Assembly (NCBI GenBank): GCA_023246275.1
Contig: JAHFIS010000001.1
Coordinates: 2,321-30,303, forward strand
From: Candidatus Uhrbacteria bacterium
GTDB taxonomy: Bacteria; Patescibacteriota; Patescibacteriia; UBA9934; GWF2-40-263
Length of the DNA stretch: 27,983 nucleotides
Reading direction: 5' to 3'
Shown here: one piece after another, positions 1-7,924 of the stretch
Numbering within the stretch: position 1 is the stretch's first letter
Layout: each line of letters opens with the position of its first letter
Notes under the pieces: model-generated
Told to the model about the DNA's origin: nothing
What the model saw: only the letters and a program-made list of their open reading frames with translations
The model's database searches: none
Program-made: the position numbers and the translations under genes

Positions 1-2
1 CG

Positions 3-86
3 GACGTCTACGCGAGCTACCATTTGTCGCGCGACCCGTCGATTGGGATGCTTTCGGCGATCGCGATTCGGCACATCGTGGATTAA
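3..86 (+). CDS. 3' end of an upstream gene (partial, unknown product)
   Basis: Open frame from the window edge (DVYASYHLSRDPSIGMLSAIAIRHIVD*) ending at TAA 84-86, convergent on the next gene. Too short to identify. Confidence 0.35.
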   Translation, partial: DVYASYHLSRDPSIGMLSAIAIRHIVD

Positions 87-117
87 CTGCGCGGATTTTT
101 GTAAAAAAATTCCACGA

Positions 118-597
118 TCAGTTGATCGCGGACGTGGCGGGATCGGGCCAGGCGGCCAGAAGGTTCGTGATCTCGCGGGAATAATCCTGCCTGGATCGGC
201 CGCGGACCGGGTTGCGATTGAGCCAGCCGAAGACGCGGAAGATGACCGGAGGGGCGAATTGGCGCCGAAGGAACCTCGCGACGCGGTCGGTAGCCCCGTG
301 GACGAGGTCGCGTTCGCCCGCTTGCCGGTCAAACGCGACGCTGGCGGGGAAAGCGTCGTCCAGCGCGTCCATGACGCTTCGGACCGCGTCGATCTCGGCG
401 GCCAGAATCGCGATTCCGAGCGCCAGGTCCTCTTGGATCCCCATGAGCCTCGCGCGATTGTAGCGTACGCAGACAAGCATTCGGACCCTCTCCGTGAGCA
501 GCGACCCGCAAAGCAGCTCCTCCTCGCCGTAGAAGCGGCGGACATACCGTTCGAACTGCCGGACGGAAGGATCGGTTTCGATGAACTCAGGAATCAC
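118..597 (-). CDS. Hypothetical protein (~160 aa, start uncertain)
   Basis: Protein-like ORF divergent from holA. The track's TTG start at 648 is the -35 hexamer itself, so the in-frame GTG at 597 (or 622) is more plausible. No recognisable motif. Confidence 0.5.
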   Translation of the reverse strand: MIPEFIETDPSVRQFERYVRRFYGEEELLCGSLLTERVRMLVCVRYNRARLMGIQEDLALGIAILAAEIDAVRSVMDALDDAFPASVAFDRQAGERDLVHGATDRVARFLRRQFAPPVIFRVFGWLNRNPVRGRSRQDYSREITNLLAAWPDPATSAIN

Positions 598-619
598 GAG
601 ATACTCCAGAAGCGTTACC

Positions 620-670
620 ACACTATCGGAATTCGGGCGTTTTGTCAATCGTCTCCCATCGCGATACTAT
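620..670. promoter_or_regulatory. Overlapping divergent sigma70-type promoters
   Basis: Plus strand: TTGTCA(642-647)-17 bp-TACTAT(665-670), 9 nt before the holA ATG. Minus strand: TTGACA(648-643)-17 bp-TAGTGT(625-620). Confidence 0.6.
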
Positions 671-679
671 GCGGTCACT

Positions 680-1639
680 ATGCTGATCCTCGTCTACGGC
701 GACGACACGTTTCGCGCGCAGGAGAAGGTGACCAAGCTGCGCGAGGCGTTTTTGGAGAAACACGACAAGGCCGGGTTCAACCTGGCGGAGTTTGCGTCGT
801 CGGACAAGCCGGGAGAGATTCTGCAGGCGGTGTCGAGTTTGCCGTTCATGGGATCGAAGCGCATGGTGGTGATTCGGGACTTGGTCGCCACGACGAAGGC
901 GGACGCGAAGGACCAGTGGGCGAGCCTGGCGAATACGCCGGATTCGTCCGTGGTCGTCCTTTGGGAAACGCTCGAGCCGAAGGCGCTGGAGAAGAAACCG
1001 CTGTTCGCGTTGCTGTCGAAAGGGACAGACGTTCACTTGTACGCGTGCCCGCTGTTGGAGGGACAAGCATTGTCGAAGTGGACGAGCGATCGGATCAAGG
1101 AACTGGGCGGGCAGATCGCGCCAGATGCGCTGCGCGAACTCTGCGACCGCGTCGGCGGCGACCTGTGGCAGATGGATGGCGATATCAGGAAGCTCGTCGC
1201 GTATTCCCCCCGACGTGCGATTGCGCTCTCCGACGTCGACCTGCTGGTCCGCGCCACGTTCGACGGCGAGATCTTCGCGCTCGTGGACGCGATCAGCCGA
1301 AGGGAACCGGCGCGCGCGATTCGCCTGCTCGAAGAAGAGCGTCTCGCGGGCGGCTCTGACTTCGCCATCTTCGGAATGCTCGCGCGGCAGGTACGTCTGT
1401 TGCTCGGGGCGCGCGCTTCGCTCGACGAGAACCCACGTGCCACGTCGTCGCAGCTCGCCGCCGACATGGAGCTCAATCCGTTCGTCGCGCAGAAGGCAAT
1501 CGACCAGGCGCGCAAGTTTACGCTCGACGATCTTCGGGCGACGCACGATCTTCTTTTTCGATATGACGCGGGGATGAAGTCGGGCGTGCTCGACGCGGAG
1601 CTGGCCGTGGACTTGGTGACGACCGCGCTGATCCGTTGA
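680..1639 (+). CDS. holA: DNA polymerase III subunit delta
   Basis: MLILVYGDD start, SLPFMGSKRMVV motif, IFALVDAI and LARQVRLLL segments, ~320 aa. ATG 680 chosen over 581 because of the promoter position. Confidence 0.92.
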   Translation: MLILVYGDDTFRAQEKVTKLREAFLEKHDKAGFNLAEFASSDKPGEILQAVSSLPFMGSKRMVVIRDLVATTKADAKDQWASLANTPDSSVVVLWETLEPKALEKKPLFALLSKGTDVHLYACPLLEGQALSKWTSDRIKELGGQIAPDALRELCDRVGGDLWQMDGDIRKLVAYSPRRAIALSDVDLLVRATFDGEIFALVDAISRREPARAIRLLEEERLAGGSDFAIFGMLARQVRLLLGARASLDENPRATSSQLAADMELNPFVAQKAIDQARKFTLDDLRATHDLLFRYDAGMKSGVLDAELAVDLVTTALIR

Positions 1640-1664
1640 CATTCCCGCTCGCTTCTGCTATATT
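1636..1664 (+). promoter_or_regulatory. sigma70 promoter for the SPFH gene
   Basis: TTGACA(1636-1641)-17 bp-TATATT(1659-1664) with an upstream TG (extended -10); overlaps the holA stop codon. Confidence 0.75.
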
Positions 1665-1718
1665 TCCGGCTCGGTTTTCTTAGCGCATTCCGCGCGGATT
1701 GCCGATTCTGGAGGTCTC

Positions 1719-2801
1719 TTGAAGGTGGTTCCCTACTTGTTTCTTGCCTTGGCCGTAGCGGTGGCCGGCATGCTGCTCACGAACGTGACGTTCTGGCTGT
1801 TCAATCAGCCGAGCACGCTCGCCAACGTCTCCGGGCTGTTCCTGGGTCTCGCGACGACCATCGGCGAGACGGTCGCGATGGTCTGGATCGTGAGGCGGGT
1901 CGTCGGCCTGCTCAAGCCGTCCGGCATTCCGCCCGCCGTCGCCCTGCTGTTCGCGGCGATCGCGTCGTCGCAGCTCTCGGGCTGCACCACGATCGACCCA
2001 GGGCACGTCGGCGTCGTCATCAACATGAACGGCGACGACCGCGGCGTCGACGAGATCCCGCTGTCCACGGGCTGGGTCTGGTACAACCTGATCACGGAGA
2101 CGGTGTACAGCTACCCCACGTTCGTGCAGACCGCGGTGTGGACGAAGGACATCGGCGAGGGCAACCCGACGAACGAGGAGTTCTCCTTCGCGTCGAAGGA
2201 GGGACTCGTCATCAACGCGGACGTGTCGATCAGCTACCAGCTCGAGCCGGCGAAGGTCCCGGCGTTCTACGTGAAGTTCCGCAGCGACGACGTGACGAAG
2301 TTCACGAACGGCTTCCTCCACAACAGCGCGCGCGACGCCCTCAACGAGACGGCGAGCGAGTACGGCGTCGAGGACATCTACGGTCCCGGCAAGGAGGAGT
2401 TCCTCGCCAAGGTGCGCGCGCGGCTCACCGAGCAGGTCACGGACATCGGCGTCACCATCCAGCAGCTCGGGTTCGTCGGCGCGCTGCGCGTGCCGGACAC
2501 GGTGACCCAGGCGATCAACGCGAAGATCACGGCGACGCAGACCGCGATCCAGCGCGAGAACCAGCTGCGCCAGACCGAGGCCGAGGCCAAGATGGCGGTG
2601 GCCAAGGCCGAGGGCGAGGCGGCGGCGCAGATCGCCGCGGCAAGGGGCATCAGTGAGTCGAACGACCTCATCACGAAGTCGCTCTCGCACGAGCTGATCC
2701 TCTACCAGGCCGTGCAGAAGTGGGACGGCAAGCGCCCCATGGTCGAAGGCGCGGGCAGCGGGCTCATCATTTCGCTCCCCGCTGAGCAGACGGCCAAGTG
2801 A
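1719..2801 (+). CDS. SPFH/prohibitin (band 7) domain membrane protein with N-terminal extension
   Basis: IDPGHVGVV, F.SKEGL.INADVSISY, R.ALNE.A..Y, LRVPDTVTQAINAK and an Ala/Glu coiled coil (AEAEAKMAVAKAEGEA). GGAGG precedes the TTG start. Confidence 0.88.
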   Translation: MKVVPYLFLALAVAVAGMLLTNVTFWLFNQPSTLANVSGLFLGLATTIGETVAMVWIVRRVVGLLKPSGIPPAVALLFAAIASSQLSGCTTIDPGHVGVVINMNGDDRGVDEIPLSTGWVWYNLITETVYSYPTFVQTAVWTKDIGEGNPTNEEFSFASKEGLVINADVSISYQLEPAKVPAFYVKFRSDDVTKFTNGFLHNSARDALNETASEYGVEDIYGPGKEEFLAKVRARLTEQVTDIGVTIQQLGFVGALRVPDTVTQAINAKITATQTAIQRENQLRQTEAEAKMAVAKAEGEAAAQIAAARGISESNDLITKSLSHELILYQAVQKWDGKRPMVEGAGSGLIISLPAEQTAK

Positions 2802-2807
2802 GTCACT

Positions 2808-2836
2808 TCCGACGGATTCGTCCCGTCGGATTTTTT
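2808..2836 (+). terminator. Intrinsic terminator after the SPFH gene
   Basis: TCCGACGG / CCGTCGGA 8-bp stem followed by TTTTTT. Confidence 0.8.
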
Positions 2837-2844
2837 ATAAACTG

Positions 2845-2868
2845 AAAACCGCCGACACCAGTCGGCGG
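2845..2868 (-). terminator. Intrinsic terminator after the ABC transporter gene
   Basis: CCGCCGAC / GTCGGCGG 8-bp stem with 4-nt loop, followed by TTTT on the minus strand. Confidence 0.7.
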
Positions 2869-2878
2869 CGTCCGTCTG

Positions 2879-4651
2879 CTACTCCGCGAACCCGCCCGCC
2901 TGGATGTCCCAGAGCTTGCGATACGTTCCTTTCTTTTTCAGCAGCTCCTTGTGCGTTCCCTGCGCGGAGATCTTTCCTCCCTCGATGACGAGGATGCGAT
3001 CCATCTCCATGATCGTCGAAAGCCGATGCGCGACCACGATGACCGTCTTGTCCTTCATCAGCTCGTGGAGGGCGTCCTGGATGAGACGCTCGGACTCGGA
3101 GTCGAGCGAGCTCGTGGCCTCGTCGAGCACGAGAATGGGCGCGTTCTTCACGATGGCGCGGGCGATGGCGACGCGCTGGCGCTCGCCGCCGGAGAGCTTC
3201 ACGCCGCGCTCGCCGACGTAGGTGCCGTAGCCGTCCGGCAGCTCGTCGATGAAGATGTCGCATCGCGCCCGCTTGGCCGCTTCCCTTACCTCCTCGTCCG
3301 TCGCGTCCTGCCTCCCGTAGCGGATGTTCTCCATCAGCGTGCGGTGGAACAGGATTGGCTCCTGAGGCACGAGCGAGATCTGGTCGCGCAGGCTGTCCTG
3401 CGTCGCCCTCGCGATGTCCTGGCCGTCGATGAGAATCCTTCCCTCGTCGACGTCGTAGAATCGGAACAGCAGCTTTGTGATCGTCGTCTTTCCGGCGCCG
3501 GACGGTCCGACGAGCGCGACCTTTTCCTTCGGTTTGATCGTCAGGTTGAAGCGTTCCAGAACGCAGCGCGTCTTTTGAAAGCAGAACGTCACGTCGTCGA
3601 ACTCGATTTGTCCCTTCGTCGCCACGATCGCCTTCGCGCCGCGCCGGTCGCGAACCTCGTGCGGCTCGAGGAGGAGCTCGGCCATCTCCTTTCCGTCCGC
3701 GAACGAGTCGTAGACGTGCCGGAACGAGCGGCCAATGTCCCACAGCTTGCGGAAGACGATCCCGAGCGACGTCTGGATAAGCGCGAGGTCGCCGAGCGTG
3801 AGAACGCCGCGCTTCCAGTAGACGATGCCGACCCACATGAGCGTAACGTCGATGCCGATCATGAGCATCCCCTGCGTCGCATTGATGAGCTCGTGGCGGT
3901 CCCAAGCGATGGTCTGCGCGTCGGCGTAGGCGCGGTTGGCCTTGCGAAACCGTCCGGCCTCGAACCCGCCCGACGGAAACAGCTTGATTGTGATCGCGTT
4001 CGTGATGGCGTCGGCGAGCACGCCGCCCGCCTCGGAATCCAGCCGCGCCCGCTCGATGTCCGCCTGCACGGCCCATCGCGACGCCATGACGTTGAACCAG
4101 ACGAACACGGCGCACCACAGGAGGAAGGCAATCGCAATTGGCGGAAATCGCAGAGCGAGAACGATCGTCGATCCTGTGACAATGACGACCGTCGGAAGGA
4201 GCTGGAACTCGATCTCGTCGGCGAGGCGCTCGAAGGCGCGTGACAGCCTGCCGATCTTTTTGACGAGCGACCCGCCGAAGTGGTCCGCGAAAAATCGATA
4301 CGAGTGGCCGAGCAGATATTCGAACGACGACTGCTCGAGATCGACCATCACGTTCGGCTGGAACCGGTCGGTGCTTAGCGCGATGACGCGCCAGAGGAGC
4401 CAGCCGAGCGCGCGCGTCGCGATCATCATCGAGAGCGCGGGCAGAAAGATCGCGATCGTTGCGACGGCCGGGGTTACCGAGCCGAGCGTGTCGAAGATCA
4501 TCTTGTAGAACCAGGGCTGAGCCGCGTCGAGGGCGGTCGCGAGGAGAATGCACCCGAGGATGAGGAAGACGCTCGATTTGTATTTTCGCGCGTGCCGCCA
4601 GAAGACAAGAAGGACATCTCTTGTCGTCGCGGAATTTTTTGTCGTTTCCAT
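2879..4651 (-). CDS. ABC transporter, fused permease + ATPase (MsbA/MdlB-like half transporter)
   Basis: N-terminal TM helices, Walker A GPSGAGKT, signature LSGGERQR, Walker B/D-loop ILVLDEATSSLD, H-loop VAHRLST. Confidence 0.95.
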   Translation of the reverse strand: METTKNSATTRDVLLVFWRHARKYKSSVFLILGCILLATALDAAQPWFYKMIFDTLGSVTPAVATIAIFLPALSMMIATRALGWLLWRVIALSTDRFQPNVMVDLEQSSFEYLLGHSYRFFADHFGGSLVKKIGRLSRAFERLADEIEFQLLPTVVIVTGSTIVLALRFPPIAIAFLLWCAVFVWFNVMASRWAVQADIERARLDSEAGGVLADAITNAITIKLFPSGGFEAGRFRKANRAYADAQTIAWDRHELINATQGMLMIGIDVTLMWVGIVYWKRGVLTLGDLALIQTSLGIVFRKLWDIGRSFRHVYDSFADGKEMAELLLEPHEVRDRRGAKAIVATKGQIEFDDVTFCFQKTRCVLERFNLTIKPKEKVALVGPSGAGKTTITKLLFRFYDVDEGRILIDGQDIARATQDSLRDQISLVPQEPILFHRTLMENIRYGRQDATDEEVREAAKRARCDIFIDELPDGYGTYVGERGVKLSGGERQRVAIARAIVKNAPILVLDEATSSLDSESERLIQDALHELMKDKTVIVVAHRLSTIMEMDRILVIEGGKISAQGTHKELLKKKGTYRKLWDIQAGGFAE

Positions 4652-4659
4652 GTGCGGAC

Positions 4660-4668
4660 ATCATAGCA
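4660..4668 (-). promoter_or_regulatory. Extended -10 promoter, near-leaderless start of the ABC transporter
   Basis: TG-C-TATGAT on the minus strand, 8 nt upstream of the ATG at 4651; no SD. Confidence 0.55.
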
Positions 4669-4681
4669 CAGTCGCGCAAAG

Positions 4682-4707
4682 AAAAAACGCGCGCAGAGTA
4701 GCGCGCG
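4682..4707 (-). terminator. Intrinsic terminator after the CotH-like gene
   Basis: CGCGCGC / GCGCGCG 7-bp stem followed by TTTTTT on the minus strand. Confidence 0.7.
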
Positions 4708-4708
4708 G

Positions 4709-6223
4709 TCAGAGTGCCGTGTCGAGAACGGCCGTGTCGACGACTCCGGTGTCGACGGTCGCCGTGTCGACCGCTCCCGTGTCGCCGCATCCCGCCGAGC
4801 CGCCGGTATCCCAGGCGTACGGGTTGCTGCAGCCGTCGGGCATGACGTACGCCGCGAGTTCCTCGCGCGCCGCGTCGACGCGCGTCGAGTAGAACTCGTA
4901 CGCGACGGCGTACTCTCCGGCGTCGGGCGACCGGAGCATCCCGTCGCCTCCGTCGTCGCCCCAGGGCGCGGCGGCCGAGCGAAGGCGCTCGTACAGGTCG
5001 GGCAAGATCGTGTTCGCGGGGTCGAGCGCCTCCATCTGGTCGAGCAGGCCGTTACACGTGTCGACCGTCTCCTGCCAGCATTGCGAGTCGTACTCGCAGC
5101 CGACGGACATGGTGGAATATCCCCACAGGTCCATTCCGGTCCAGGCGCCGCCCCAGGCGAGGCCGGCGTTGATGTCCGTGGACCAGGGCATGACGCGGAA
5201 CTTCCCGTCGTCGCCCTCGATCATGACGATGTTGTTCAGGTTGTGAACGTAGTCGTCGCCGGTCTGGGCGTACCACGAGAGGCACATCTGGGTCTGGAAC
5301 GCCGGCCAGTCGAAGTACTCGGCCGTGGCGGCCTCGAATCCCTCCTGGTAGGCATTCGCGTCCACCGCGTCGGCGAACTCGGACAGGCGGTCGGTCGTGC
5401 ACCCGTCGTGCGTCTCGCAGAACTGGTTGATGGACGCCACGTTCGCGGCGCTGATGTCGTAGGAGTACCACTCCCAGATGTTCGCGCACCCGCCGCCAAA
5501 GAAGTCGGCGTGGTCCGCGCAGAACGCGGGCTTGTACACCTCGACGAAGGCGTACGGGACCAGAATCTTGTCGTCCTGCCACGGCGTTCCGCCCACGTAG
5601 GCGTAGCTCGTGCGCGGGACCGCGTAGCCCGCCGCGTCCCAGATGGACAGCGCGAGCGGCTCGCCGATCATCGAGCCGACGCTCTCGTTGTTGAGCCGGC
5701 CATGGTCGAGCAGCTCCGCGTAGTCGAAGTACTCGCCGTCCACGAACTCGTTGCTGTCGAGCGACAGGTTCGGGATGGTCGAGGTCGTCCACGTGGTGCC
5801 GGACGACTGGCCGACGACGGTCGCCTGGACCTTGCCGTAGTCCGCGGAGTTGGTCCCGTCGAACACGTACAGGTGGTCGGCATACGTGTCGCCGGACCCC
5901 TCGTCGTCGACCGAGTAGAGCGGCCCGTACCACCCGTAATCGCCGTTCTGCCAGTCTGCGTTCATCTGCGCGACCTGGGTTTCCGAGACGTCGAACCAGT
6001 ACACGACCCCGTCCTGCGCGAACGGATCGAGCGCGAGTTCCTCGGGGGTGACCGTGGGATCGAGCTCGCTCGGCGGGTCGATCTCCTGCCAGCCGGTGTC
6101 CTCGACCGTGGCGGGAACGGTCTCGGGACCGGTATCCTGCGCGACCTCGTACACGGTCTCGTAGTAGTTGTTCGTGACGGGCGCGGGCGTGGAACAGCCG
6201 GCGATGATGAGCAGAAGGAACAT
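4709..6223 (-). CDS. CotH-family atypical protein kinase, predicted lipoprotein (504 aa)
   Basis: Start at ATG 6223 (GAGG SD; MFLLLIIAG-C lipobox). CotH-like segments: E.LA..IWDAAGYAVPRTSYAYV, Y..VE, DWPAF, GDDYVHNLNN, GKFRVMPWSTD. Very acidic. Confidence 0.75.
   Translation of the reverse strand: MFLLLIIAGCSTPAPVTNNYYETVYEVAQDTGPETVPATVEDTGWQEIDPPSELDPTVTPEELALDPFAQDGVVYWFDVSETQVAQMNADWQNGDYGWYGPLYSVDDEGSGDTYADHLYVFDGTNSADYGKVQATVVGQSSGTTWTTSTIPNLSLDSNEFVDGEYFDYAELLDHGRLNNESVGSMIGEPLALSIWDAAGYAVPRTSYAYVGGTPWQDDKILVPYAFVEVYKPAFCADHADFFGGGCANIWEWYSYDISAANVASINQFCETHDGCTTDRLSEFADAVDANAYQEGFEAATAEYFDWPAFQTQMCLSWYAQTGDDYVHNLNNIVMIEGDDGKFRVMPWSTDINAGLAWGGAWTGMDLWGYSTMSVGCEYDSQCWQETVDTCNGLLDQMEALDPANTILPDLYERLRSAAAPWGDDGGDGMLRSPDAGEYAVAYEFYSTRVDAAREELAAYVMPDGCSNPYAWDTGGSAGCGDTGAVDTATVDTGVVDTAVLDTAL
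4716..4786 (-). repeat. Five imperfect 15-nt tandem repeats encoding an (x-D-T-x-x)5 tail
   Basis: Units recur at 4716, 4731, 4746, 4761 and 4776 around a shared GTGTCG core; protein GDTGA-VDTAT-VDTGV-VDTAV-LDTAL. Confidence 0.85.
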
Positions 6224-6311
6224 GGTGCCTCGGGGTTGTGTCGGATTCGACGAGATTGTCGAACGGTTGTGAAAACGAACCCTGCGCCGAACCATTACGG
6301 CGCAAGCGAGG

Positions 6312-6340
6312 ATGATAGCGGATTTTTGAGGGATTGTCAA
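6312..6340 (-). promoter_or_regulatory. sigma70 promoter for the CotH-like gene
   Basis: TTGACA(6340-6335)-17 bp-TATCAT(6317-6312). Confidence 0.75.
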
Positions 6341-6350
6341 CGCATCGATC

Positions 6351-6388
6351 AAAACAAAACGACCCAGCCGGTATGAACGGCGGGGTCG
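6351..6388 (-). terminator. Intrinsic terminator after rpsT
   Basis: CGACCC(C)GCCG / CGGC(T)GGGTCG stem followed by TTTTGTTTT on the minus strand. Confidence 0.7.
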
Positions 6389-6395
6389 GATTTGC

Positions 6396-6665
6396 CTATG
6401 CCTTCTTGATGGCGTTCAGCTTTCCCATCATGCGGCTCTTGAGGCGCGCGACGGTGTTCTTCTTCATGACCTTCTTGGAAGCCGACTTGTCCAGCTTTTT
6501 TCCGAGCAGGCGCGCGGCCTCCGCGGCGGCCGTCACTTCCTTCGAGGTGACCAGCTTGCGGAACTTCACGCGGAGCGACTTGATCTCGTCCTTCACCGCC
6601 TTGTTGCGCACGGCGCGCTTGAGCGACTGGCGAAGGGCCTTCTTTGCGTTTGCTTTTATCGGCAT
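6396..6665 (-). CDS. rpsT: 30S ribosomal protein S20
   Basis: MPIKANAKKALRQSLKRAVRNKAVK, DKSASKKVMKKNTVARLKSR; 89 aa and very basic. Confidence 0.96.
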   Translation of the reverse strand: MPIKANAKKALRQSLKRAVRNKAVKDEIKSLRVKFRKLVTSKEVTAAAEAARLLGKKLDKSASKKVMKKNTVARLKSRMMGKLNAIKKA

Positions 6666-6709
6666 ATCGTATGTGTTCCCGTGAGCGTGGGAATAAATAG
6701 CGTGAGGGG

Positions 6710-6738
6710 AGTATAGCCCGGGGTTTGGAAAAGGTCAA
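6710..6738 (-). promoter_or_regulatory. sigma70 promoter for rpsT
   Basis: TTGACC(6738-6733)-17 bp-TATACT(6715-6710). Confidence 0.75.
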
Positions 6739-6742
6739 TGAT

Positions 6743-7858
6743 TTACGTCGGCTCGACGTATTGGACGGTTTCGCCAAATGGCGAGTCGGCGGTCCAGTCG
6801 AGACCGTTCGCGTCGACCACCCCTGACCCCTCCTCCCTATGAGGAGGGGAAACTTGGGTTTGACGGACGAACGGGTGCGACAGCGGGACCTTTCCTTTTC
6901 CTCCCGGCAGGTCGAGCATGTATCTCGGGATGGCGATTCCCGTGACCGTTCCTTGCAGCTGTCGCATAAGGTCGATTCCTTCGGCGATGGGGACGCGGAA
7001 ATGGTTGGTGCCGCGGGCGAGGTCGAGCTGGTGAAGATAGTATGGTACGACGCGGATGTTGGTGAGCGTTTTGAAAAGTTGCGTGAGCGTCGCGGCGTCG
7101 TCGTTGATTCCGCGCAGAAGAACGGATTGATTGCGGACGACGATGCCGGCGTCGACGAGCTTCGCGATCGCCTCGACGTTTTCCGTCGCGATCTCGCGCG
7201 CATGGTTGAAATGCGTGACGATGAAGATGGGGTGCGTCGCATCCTGATACCGTCGAAGGATCTCGACGAGGTTGTCGGTGATGCGCGACGGGAGGTTCAC
7301 GGGCACGCGCGTGTGGAAGCGGATGCGCGCGACGGTCGGGACGCGGCGAAGGCGAACGAGCCAGTCCTCAATCTGCGCGTCGAGCAGGGTGAGCGGATCT
7401 CCACCGGTGAGGATCACCTCGTCGACCTCGGGATGCGCGACGAGATATGCCTCGATGATGTCCATGTCGTACGTCGATGGGCCGGGAGACGCGGCGCCCG
7501 TCTTTTCGCGGCGGAAGCAGAAGCGGCAGTAGTGCGAGCAGGAAAAGGTCGCGTACACGAGGACGCGATCGGGATACCGGTGCGTGAGGAACGGGACGGG
7601 CGATTTCGCGTCGTCGCCAATCGGATCGGCCATCTCCTCGGGCGTGATCGACAGCTCCTTCGCCTGCGGTACGGCCATGAGTAGAAGCGGATCGGCCATG
7701 TTCGCGAAGTCGATCAGCTTCAGCGTGTGCGGCGTGATGGAGAGCCGCATGTTCGCGAGGACGCGCTTCATCTCGTCGCGGTTTTCGATGGCAACAAAAC
7801 GCTCAAGCTGGTCGAGCGTGCGGACGCATTGTTGCAATTCCTCTTGCCAGAGCTCCAT
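6743..7858 (-). CDS. KamA-family radical SAM aminomutase (lysine 2,3-aminomutase / EpmB-like)
   Basis: LTHRYPDRVL, CSHYCRFCFRR (CxxxCxxC), EVILTGGDPL, THFNH, NQSVLLRGINDD, PYYLHQLD and PGGKGK (PLP lysine). kamA versus epmB not resolvable by eye. Confidence 0.93.
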   Translation of the reverse strand: MELWQEELQQCVRTLDQLERFVAIENRDEMKRVLANMRLSITPHTLKLIDFANMADPLLLMAVPQAKELSITPEEMADPIGDDAKSPVPFLTHRYPDRVLVYATFSCSHYCRFCFRREKTGAASPGPSTYDMDIIEAYLVAHPEVDEVILTGGDPLTLLDAQIEDWLVRLRRVPTVARIRFHTRVPVNLPSRITDNLVEILRRYQDATHPIFIVTHFNHAREIATENVEAIAKLVDAGIVVRNQSVLLRGINDDAATLTQLFKTLTNIRVVPYYLHQLDLARGTNHFRVPIAEGIDLMRQLQGTVTGIAIPRYMLDLPGGKGKVPLSHPFVRQTQVSPPHREEGSGVVDANGLDWTADSPFGETVQYVEPT

Positions 7859-7865
7859 AGAATCG

Positions 7866-7893
7866 AAAACCGTTCGCTATTTGCGAACGGTTT
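7866..7893 (-). terminator. Perfect 11-bp hairpin after rmuC (probable terminator)
   Basis: AAACCGTTCGC(7867-7877)-TATTT-GCGAACGGTTT(7883-7893). Confidence 0.7.
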
Positions 7894-7924
7894 AACACGG
7901 AATCGACGGGATGGCAATCGTCGG

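Noticed and set aside
75-118. Nested inverted repeats (ATCGTGGA/TCCACGAT and a T/A tract) between convergent genes
   Set aside because: Imperfect, with no GC stem followed by a U-tract; may aid termination but cannot be supported as a defined element.
4716-4786. Regularly spaced repeat as a possible mini-CRISPR
   Set aside because: Exact 15-nt period, in-frame in a CDS, no unique spacers and no cas genes.
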